DNA of 64,000 nt from assembly GCA_027923505.1 (NCBI GenBank), contig BROI01000008.1, forward strand, positions 806,001 to 870,000, given 5' to 3'. The position numbers and the translations under genes were made by a program. The notes under the pieces were generated by a model, which searched no databases, was not told where the DNA came from, and was given only the letters and a program-made list of their open reading frames with translations. Source of the stretch: Mayamaea pseudoterrestris. Its lineage: Eukaryota. Positions 56,330 through 64,000 of this stretch are shown piece by piece (positions within the stretch are counted from its first letter, which is position 1; each line of letters opens with the position of its first letter).

Positions 56330-57490
56330 TCAGAACCAGACTTCCGATCGTCTTGGTCGAAGTAACATTTTGGGTCGTTGCCGTAACACATCCATGCCCA
56401 ACACGATGGCTGGCGACGAAGCATCCGCCCCAACCAACCCTTGCAACGCAGCAAGACCAGGCAGATCCCCAACATAAACAGAGCATAAAGCAAAGTCAAC
56501 CATCGAATTCACCTTGGTACCCGGCAGAGATACAGTGATTGGCGAAGATGACTTCAGCAGATTGACGGGACCCTTTTCACCGAGCACTTGCAGCACATCA
56601 CCCCGCGACATGGCTTGCGCTACTTGAAATCGATTCGCCATGCTTGTAAAAGGATTCTTTGACGAACCATCTGTGCCAGTTGCTATTGTTTCTATTCCCG
56701 CCTGCTTCGCGGCTTCTGCATTGAATACCGTAATTGGCGATCCAGTATCAAGCAAGGCGGGCATGTCGCAACCATTTACCCGCAGCATGATAGATGGTAG
56801 CTGCGTCATTGGAACAGGTTGAATGGCGACTCTTGTCATGCCAGCCAACGCACTTTCGGGGACCCGTTCGTAAAAGGTAACTGATGGTGGCTTGTCTTCA
56901 CTTGCTGTCCAGTCGAAACATACACCATCAAACGTGTAGAGAAAGGCCAAACTCAATAGTCCCGCTGCCGCTGGACTTGCCACGGGCAGAGCGGATGCTG
57001 TCAGTTGCGTCATGAAGGTGAAATTGCCAGCGTCGGCCGGCAATCCATCCAATTGCGCGTCACCCAGCATGTACGTTTCACCTCCAAGCATGGCTCCCGC
57101 TGTAGTCACACCCGGCAAAGCTTTTCCGACAACTTTCAAACCCAATTCTCGCGCGACTTGTTGCTGAATGGTATTGGTATTTGCAGCCGTGTCAAGGACA
57201 AAGTCCAGACTCACTCCAGTCACATTGCGGGCTCGCTGCGCGTCTGTTGCCAACTTTGGAAATCGAAGGGCCAACGTAGGATAAGGGCCAATGAATTTCA
57301 GAGGAGCCCGAATGGCTAATGACTCTTCAGATGACCCAGATGGGTTTACGAATGCGTCAACATCGGTAGAAGATGCTTGCAGCCTTAAGATTGAGAGTCC
57401 CCACGGAGAGGTTCGGATGCCGCCCGGTGCAAACCCAAACGAATGCGTGTATGCGGAGACGCACAACAAAATAGAGAATGCACGATTCAT
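56330..57490 (-). CDS. Tandem two-domain retropepsin-like aspartic protease with signal peptide/plastid presequence
   Basis: FVLDTAANTN...AGLL and ALLDTGSPIT...IVLGMDVL; N-terminus MNRAFSILLCVSAYTHSF. Confidence 0.8.
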   Translation of the reverse strand: MNRAFSILLCVSAYTHSFGFAPGGIRTSPWGLSILRLQASSTDVDAFVNPSGSSEESLAIRAPLKFIGPYPTLALRFPKLATDAQRARNVTGVSLDFVLDTAANTNTIQQQVARELGLKVVGKALPGVTTAGAMLGGETYMLGDAQLDGLPADAGNFTFMTQLTASALPVASPAAAGLLSLAFLYTFDGVCFDWTASEDKPPSVTFYERVPESALAGMTRVAIQPVPMTQLPSIMLRVNGCDMPALLDTGSPITVFNAEAAKQAGIETIATGTDGSSKNPFTSMANRFQVAQAMSRGDVLQVLGEKGPVNLLKSSSPITVSLPGTKVNSMVDFALCSVYVGDLPGLAALQGLVGADASSPAIVLGMDVLRQRPKMLLRPRRSEVWF

Positions 57491-58317
57491 GATGCTGTAT
57501 ATTGATACCGGTAGATTAGATTGACTTGTCTACCGTAGCTGCTGAAGTAATGATGTTCAACTGCGTGACGCTGGTGATTGCAACTTAAACATGAGATAAA
57601 TGCGATCCACTGAAGAAGGCGCAGTGTCTGAGCAAGCAGGCAAATTTTCTAGTGATTCATTCCCATGGCACGTCAATGTATACTGCAGAGACAGGAACCC
57701 GCAGTCTCGTTGCGCTGATGGAGAAAGACGCACCTTTGCCACCGTCATGGTTTCGGATGAGTCGACTCATCGAAGTGAAACGAAGAATTGGGAACCCTGC
57801 CACGCACGCCGACAATTGCCCTCCTCGTCATTTGGCGCGCCAGCCAATCGCCGCGCGTCGGAAAAGGAATTCCGGGAAACCCATCGAAGAACAGACGAAG
57901 CGGCGAAGGAATCTTTCGGTCAGTGCACACCACATGGCGGACAACAGGACAGGCCGACGACACAAAAGCATCATCCCTTGTTGGCCGCTACCGGTAGTAG
58001 CGACGGAGTGTCAAGAACGAACAGCATCAACAAGCGCAGTCATCGACATCACAGTAAAGAAACGAGACGCATTTTGTTGACAGAAGGTGAGCAACGAGCA
58101 ACGAGTCAAGTTGATTGCATCTTTGACGTCGAGCTACTATAATTTTACTCATAGCAATATTCCGGCCTTTGTCGTCGTCGCAGTATTATTTTCTACCTTG
58201 TCGGAGAAAAGCACTCGCATATTCTAGTAGCCTCTGTCCACTCAAAGTTGTGAATCGCTTTTTACTATTGTGCCTGCACTAACCAATAAACTACAACACT
58301 AAACGCATCCTAGCGTC

Positions 58318-59484
58318 ATGAGCGGCAACAATGATCCACTCGCCAATTCCCCGAGGGTGATGGAGCCATCTCCTCCTTCCCTTTTGAATCGATTCGCCGC
58401 GTCGGCTAGCTATTCCAACTTTGTATTCTTACCTGACTACACGGAACATCCTAAACCAAGACGGAGGATGCCAACACAAACGTTACCACCTCAAGCAACC
58501 AGCATTACAGAACCGGGAAGCGAAGATGCCGATGTTACTTTCATGCAAGACTTTATAGCCGGAGGCTTGGCTGGATCATGTTCAGTCATTATCGGACATC
58601 CACTAGATACAGCAAAAGTGAGGGTTCAGAACTCGCTCAGTGCCAATCCTACGTTTCTGTCAACCATTCGAGACTTTGGAGGCGTTTCGTCACTCTTTCG
58701 CGGCATGTCGGCGCCCCTCGGAACTGCTGCCTTGGTCAATGCCATTATATTTTCTTCATATGGTATGGCGTCAACGGCATACGACAAATACTATGCTGAC
58801 TCAATTTCTCCAGACGACAATTTTGCTGGCACGACGAATCATGACCCTTGGGAAAAGAGCATGCGATGCGGCATGTTTGCAGGCTTTGTTCAATGTTTCC
58901 TAATTGCGCCTATGGAACACGTAAAAATACGGCTTCAATGTCAGGAGACCGCTCCATCGGCTGCTTCCAAGTCGATGACAAAACCATTTTACAACGGTCC
59001 CATTCACGCCACACAACAGATTGTGAGTCAATACGGCATTGGAGGATTATACAAGGGTTGGTGGGCTACATTTTGGAGAGAGGTTCCAGCCTTTGGAGCT
59101 TACTTTGCAATCTACGATCTTGTCAAGGATCGGACGAATACGTTTTTGGCCAAGCAAGCGGGCATGGACCATGAAGCTCCGCCGAGCATGGCACACACGC
59201 ATACATGGTTGGCATCGGCATTGGCTGGAGGCGTGGCAGGATCATGTTCTTGGGGACTCATCATGCCCATGGATGTCATAAAGAGCCACATTCAAGCGGC
59301 GCCATTGGACGCGTCCATGACGATTCGCGGAGTGGCCACCAACATTTTGCAAACGCACGGGTGGCGCCACCTGTTTCGAGGTCTTGGCATTACACTAATT
59401 CGAGCCTTTCCCGTCAATGGAACCATTTTTCCAGTTTATGAATTTACTTTGATGCACATCAAGGAGCGCAAGTGGGGATACTAG
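58318..59484 (+). CDS. Mitochondrial carrier (SLC25; carnitine or basic amino acid carrier-like)
   Basis: Three PxDxxK signatures (PLDTAK, PMEHVK, PMDVIK), REVPAFGAYF and RAFPVN. Confidence 0.93.
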   Translation: MSGNNDPLANSPRVMEPSPPSLLNRFAASASYSNFVFLPDYTEHPKPRRRMPTQTLPPQATSITEPGSEDADVTFMQDFIAGGLAGSCSVIIGHPLDTAKVRVQNSLSANPTFLSTIRDFGGVSSLFRGMSAPLGTAALVNAIIFSSYGMASTAYDKYYADSISPDDNFAGTTNHDPWEKSMRCGMFAGFVQCFLIAPMEHVKIRLQCQETAPSAASKSMTKPFYNGPIHATQQIVSQYGIGGLYKGWWATFWREVPAFGAYFAIYDLVKDRTNTFLAKQAGMDHEAPPSMAHTHTWLASALAGGVAGSCSWGLIMPMDVIKSHIQAAPLDASMTIRGVATNILQTHGWRHLFRGLGITLIRAFPVNGTIFPVYEFTLMHIKERKWGY

Positions 59485-60066
59485 TTGCGACCAAGTCGTG
59501 CCCGCTTTTGTTATTGGCTTTTCAGTGTCAAAATCATGTAAAATATTGTTTCCACCAGATAAATATTAGTTTGCTGCGCCATGGTGTGTCCACTGGCTAT
59601 GTAGCAACATAGCAAATGCGCTTGAAGGAAATGTGCTTGCTGGCTCCTTCCGTCGACTCGCGTTGATTAGCTAACGTCCATGCCAATTCTCACGACTGGA
59701 CACTCCTACATACGAAGCAACCTCTATCAAACCGGTATCATAAAGCTGCGCGAATCCCATCTTGTAACCTCCTAGGCTCACCTTTTGCGCATTAGAATGT
59801 AGTCCTCATCGAAGGAACGTCATCTTAACGTCTCCATGCACCTAAGGTGCACCTCAATTTGCAGTCTCAACCGTCGTACACTCCGATCCTACAGTGAAAG
59901 TGGGTCACGCCGGCTCATCACGGAGAAACCGCCAGACACGTGAGTTCCTTCGCACAAACCAAGCAACATCAAAACAAGCGACGAGCGACTGTACCATCTA
60001 CAAAGCGTAATAGCGTGCATTTCAACTACAACTATCGGTAGTCAGTCCAAGTGAAATACAGAGACC

Positions 60067-61662
60067 ATGCAGACTGAGCCAAGTGTTCCTGTCGATGGCG
60101 ATTTAACGGCCATGGAAGGTAACGACGAACGTGTGGTCGAACTGCCATGCAGCAGCGACAGTGATTGTTTTATCAGTGTAAAGGATTCTCCGACCAGACT
60201 TGCAGCCTGTGAAACTTATAAGCAACACACTACAGCATCAGCAGGCAGAATAAAAGAGTTAGGAGATTTGGATCGACTTGAAGATGGCCGAGACAATGAT
60301 GCGGATGATGATAGAATACGCTTGCAAGCAGCAGCAGAAGTCGACGACGCACCGTCATCATTGACGGAAGCTTTTCGCGAGGTGTTTCAGACAAGCCTTG
60401 CGGAGAAGAACACTGACGAGTCTTGCACTACAAGACTGGAGGAGCAGTTGAATTATTGGGAGCATATAGCCTACATATCCTGCTTTGCCCTTTTTGGAAC
60501 AGTTGTGCGGATCTATACGGCTCGATTCTTTGGATTGGACTGCGAATACAAGAACACTGCAATGGCTGTCAATGATTTTTTATCGCCTTTGACTGAACAC
60601 ATCTGCATTACGGCGTCGGGAAAAACGGCATCGACGGGTGGAGCGCTCTTTACGGACTTGCCCGCAAATATGATTGGATGCTTTCTCGCCGGTCTCTTGA
60701 CTCCATCCGTCGATGGACACAACCTGGCTTGGTTTCGAGCAGATCATCCGCTACAGCGACGCAAAGCATTTCATGCGGCACTTCGAATTGGTTTTTGCGG
60801 GTCTCTCACGACGTTTTCATCGTGGAATACGCAAATGGTTGTCATGATGGATGGGACAGCGACTGTTTTGGGAGCACAAGTGCCGGCGGCAATCTTTGGA
60901 TACTTGTTGGGGATTATGTGTCCACTTGCATCCTATTTCTTTGGAAGACATGTTTATGATTGGTGGCTGTTGATCCATCCGCAGCGCGATACTGTTAATG
61001 AGTCGGTCGAGCATGGGCAACTTATGCTATGTGCGACATCAGATTCTGACGTTGAATCGGCAGCGACGACAAGTGATGCACGATTTACGACGAGTCGACA
61101 ACGATGGTCAACCACCATGCACGCAATAGGGAATAAATGCTACAATTACTTTACGCGATTTATGGCGGCCATGGCTTTGACCGTAACACCGTTTGTTGTC
61201 GCGGCGCTTTTGGTTGGAGCCTTTGCCTTTGCAGGGCACGTCGAGAACATGCCCTTCTACAGGAAGATGTGGCTTTCGGCACTACTTGCGCCTTTTGGTG
61301 CAGTGCTTCGATGGTGGCTTGTTCAGTTCAATGATTCCAAAGGCTACTGGAAGTCGCTGGAGTTTCTTCCATGGGGGACGCTAACGGCGAATGTGCTTGG
61401 ATGTTTTGTGTCCATCCTTGCTGAAGCATTGAACGCAAAGTACTTTTCTATGGACGCAAGCATGCACAGCTCGATTCTCTCAGTCATTGTTTTGGCGTTG
61501 GAGGCGGGTTTTTCCGGTAGCCTCTCTACCGTTTCGACTCTAATCTCTGAATTGGCCACATTGAAGACGGTTGGGCGATCCTACATTTACGGCACGGCAA
61601 CTGTTGTTATGTCTTTGGTGATAGGCCTTGTTGTGTACTGTCCCATGACTCATAATATGTAA
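60067..61662 (+). CDS. FEX: Fluoride export protein FEX (two CrcB/Fluc domains)
   Basis: ANMIGC..GFCGSLTTFSSW, then WGTLTANVLG..GFSGSLSTVST. Confidence 0.9.
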   Translation: MQTEPSVPVDGDLTAMEGNDERVVELPCSSDSDCFISVKDSPTRLAACETYKQHTTASAGRIKELGDLDRLEDGRDNDADDDRIRLQAAAEVDDAPSSLTEAFREVFQTSLAEKNTDESCTTRLEEQLNYWEHIAYISCFALFGTVVRIYTARFFGLDCEYKNTAMAVNDFLSPLTEHICITASGKTASTGGALFTDLPANMIGCFLAGLLTPSVDGHNLAWFRADHPLQRRKAFHAALRIGFCGSLTTFSSWNTQMVVMMDGTATVLGAQVPAAIFGYLLGIMCPLASYFFGRHVYDWWLLIHPQRDTVNESVEHGQLMLCATSDSDVESAATTSDARFTTSRQRWSTTMHAIGNKCYNYFTRFMAAMALTVTPFVVAALLVGAFAFAGHVENMPFYRKMWLSALLAPFGAVLRWWLVQFNDSKGYWKSLEFLPWGTLTANVLGCFVSILAEALNAKYFSMDASMHSSILSVIVLALEAGFSGSLSTVSTLISELATLKTVGRSYIYGTATVVMSLVIGLVVYCPMTHNM

Positions 61663-61763
61663 CAAAGATTGATTAATACCATTTACCACTGCTTAGTATG
61701 TCGATGTACATACACTACGCTATGCGTTGCACATCAACAATGCAAATGTAATTGCAGCTCTGC

Positions 61764-63707
61764 TCAACAGGCTTTGATAGACGGAGGCCGGAGGGCGAGA
61801 CTTTCAATCCAAAGGTAGCACTCTTCTTCCAAATGAAGATCGGGCAAAACATTTTCATCCATATGCGGTGATTTGAGACACGCAAGAATATGCTTGGCAG
61901 CGACATCGCAAGACTCCACTAGCGAAACTACAACCGGGGCCGTCCGAAGGCTGGCAAAGGTTCCAAGTTGATATTTTTCATAGAGCGTGAGACCCTTACG
62001 CAACGAGAATATACTCTGCAAAGCTGCCGGCACCAAAGTGGCCAAATCGTATCCTCTCCAGTCACGCACGACGCCATCAGTTTTGATGTCTTCAGCAATG
62101 AATCCCGACAACCCTTTTAAAGCCCAATCAGAACACTTCAAGAAAGCCGGACCAAGGGCCCAGTACTTTTCATCGATACCATTGTGTCCCTGGCGATTGG
62201 CCTCGGGATTAGAAATAAAGGTAAGCGAATTCCCCATAGCTCCCAGTAAAACGCAAAGACCCTTAACAAGCGCATAGCTCACAAGAGTGTTTTTGCAGCC
62301 ACACCGAGGCGCAAGCCACCTATTAGCTGCCAATGAGCGCGATCCTCCAATTGCTTCAAGTATTGCCATGCGAAATGCATCCTCCTCTAACGGTGTCTCA
62401 GTATACGCGCGAGGCATCGAAAGAAATGAGGGCGCAAGTGACTTTGACAACTCCATGCATCGCTTGTGTTCGCGTCGCTCATCGGTCCGCAATGTCTCCT
62501 GAATCTCCTTGGTAATATCCATGTCATACACTAAAGCCAGGATGATTGCGTGCATCCGCGTAGAAAACCTTGGCTCAGGGCAAATCTCGTCGATGGCCTG
62601 GGCAATGTCAAACGTCGCAAAGAGGCACAATTTTACGTAGCACTCCAAAGCAAAATATACAAGAAATGCGGTACCACAACTGTACAACAATAGCACAATA
62701 GATGCTATCGCGATACGCGGCTCCCTATGCGATGTCAGGATAGACCATGCGCCAATTGTTATAAACGGCGGAAGTATCGCTTGGGTCGCAAGTCCCCAAA
62801 TGTTGGATTTTTCCAAAGACTGACAGTTCTCGTACCACAATTCGTGAGCAAATAAGAATGGAATCGTACAGGCGACTGTCAAGCCGCAGGCAAGGGCAAT
62901 CATCATTGCTGAGTTGCTTTCGTTCGAGGCCGGAACATATACGCGGAGTGTTAAAGATAAATAAGCACCAGCGAGGACCGAAAACAGGAACTGCAAAACG
63001 ATGGAACGCATCGGCGGCCGCATGAACCGTCTTCCATGATAAGGCCGGTACAAAGCTGCAGATGGATCAGCGGAAGGTTCGGTCGGTGCACCGACCGATA
63101 AAGGCCATAAGTACAGTTTTCGGATGCTGGCGTCGAATCGGCTCATTAAAAGCGGCACCGTCGAAAGCCGCACTGAAGGACAGGAAAGACGGATGAGAAC
63201 ATACAAAAGTAGACGCAGTGCATACAACAAACGTGACTTACTGATTGATATCGGACTAACAAACCGCAGTACGACCACTACCTGCAGCAATGCCACACCA
63301 AATGAGAGGCGGAGAGAACTCCAAATGGCCTGCAATGCAGATGGAAAAACCCAAACGTCCATTGCAGCTGATGTACCAAAATATCGATTAACCAAGCAGC
63401 TAAAGGCAAACGAGTACATCGGAACGCGGCTAGCGCTTTCGCGTAGCCATTCATCGAGCGCTTTGTCTGATGAAGACAATTTTATCGCCAGGGAGACAGC
63501 CACAATCGAAAGAAAAGACGTCAATCCGACCGTCTGGAAACCCCTTTGATGAGTCAAGAGATTGATTACAAAAAAGGCTGTTTTCATCGCCATGGGAACA
63601 AGTTGAACGAAAAGAAATGTCTTTCCAATGATCGTCACAAGTCGCTGGTACATGTGATGCTGCGCTGCAGCTTGGAAAAGAGTCGGGCGCCAAGATGTAG
63701 AAGACAT
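61764..63707 (-). CDS. Multi-pass membrane protein, possibly nucleoporin Ndc1
   Basis: Intact 647-aa ORF with an N-terminal TM region and a helical C-terminal domain (WALKGLSGFIAEDIKTDG..LVPAALQSI) reminiscent of Ndc1. Confidence 0.5.
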   Translation of the reverse strand: MSSTSWRPTLFQAAAQHHMYQRLVTIIGKTFLFVQLVPMAMKTAFFVINLLTHQRGFQTVGLTSFLSIVAVSLAIKLSSSDKALDEWLRESASRVPMYSFAFSCLVNRYFGTSAAMDVWVFPSALQAIWSSLRLSFGVALLQVVVVLRFVSPISISKSRLLYALRLLLYVLIRLSCPSVRLSTVPLLMSRFDASIRKLYLWPLSVGAPTEPSADPSAALYRPYHGRRFMRPPMRSIVLQFLFSVLAGAYLSLTLRVYVPASNESNSAMMIALACGLTVACTIPFLFAHELWYENCQSLEKSNIWGLATQAILPPFITIGAWSILTSHREPRIAIASIVLLLYSCGTAFLVYFALECYVKLCLFATFDIAQAIDEICPEPRFSTRMHAIILALVYDMDITKEIQETLRTDERREHKRCMELSKSLAPSFLSMPRAYTETPLEEDAFRMAILEAIGGSRSLAANRWLAPRCGCKNTLVSYALVKGLCVLLGAMGNSLTFISNPEANRQGHNGIDEKYWALGPAFLKCSDWALKGLSGFIAEDIKTDGVVRDWRGYDLATLVPAALQSIFSLRKGLTLYEKYQLGTFASLRTAPVVVSLVESCDVAAKHILACLKSPHMDENVLPDLHLEEECYLWIESLALRPPSIKAC

Positions 63708-64000
63708 GATTATAGATAAAGATCAGGTCGTTTCTGACTAGTCGTTAATCAAATGCGAAGGAGAGATTTAAGTGGTGCATCGTCTCCATCAGGGAAACGA
63801 GGTGCGAGAGTGAGCGATACGAGAGACGAGGGCGAATGCGAATGATACGCATTTTGCAAGTCTTCTTGTCGCAGCATGACCCACACATGTCATAACGGTA
63901 CTCAGTCGCTTGATGCGACCGCGCATTATTTATTTTTTGTCACCATCACCATGGCGCACCCGCCATCGCCGACAACTGCAGCACCTACCGGGGCGAAGTT

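Noticed and set aside
56330..57490. Aspartic protease as a fragment of the neighbouring retrotransposon
   Set aside because: It lies outside the LTR/TSD limits, has a signal peptide and two domains, and does not resemble the element's WDSGAS protease.
57600..58142. 180-aa and overlapping ORFs between the protease and the carrier genes
   Set aside because: No recognisable motifs and several overlapping frames of similar length; more likely a divergent promoter or 5' UTR.

Overview
Eukaryotic, gene-dense nuclear DNA with short GT-AG introns. Bipartite signal+AF plastid presequences, nuclear psbM, an LHC antenna gene and a CoDi-like copia element point to a diatom; the species cannot be determined from the sequence alone. 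About 27 host genes are recognisable, among them Nuf2, an ACT-domain STY-type kinase, cyclophilin, transporters, PRPP synthetase, an NBAS/Sec39-like protein, poly(A) polymerase, Atg6, a multi-IQ protein, three AIM24 paralogues, an alpha-kinase, a double retropepsin, FEX and a possible Ndc1. Most notable: (1) a young full-length Ty1/copia element (45007-53483, minus strand) with a CAAAT target-site duplication, non-canonical AG...CT LTR ends, a half-tRNA-type PBS, a transmembrane hairpin between nucleocapsid and protease, and two in-frame stops; (2) a cluster of three divergent Cys-Cys-rich AIM24 genes split by that element and followed by an alpha-kinase; (3) two convergent pseudogenes, MGDG synthase and the ThiD-ThiE thiamine gene, joined by a deletion; (4) two 42-bp tandem arrays 13 kb apart sharing a 28-bp core but carrying locus-specific linkers. 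Exon boundaries were read by eye and family assignments come from motif recognition, not database searches.
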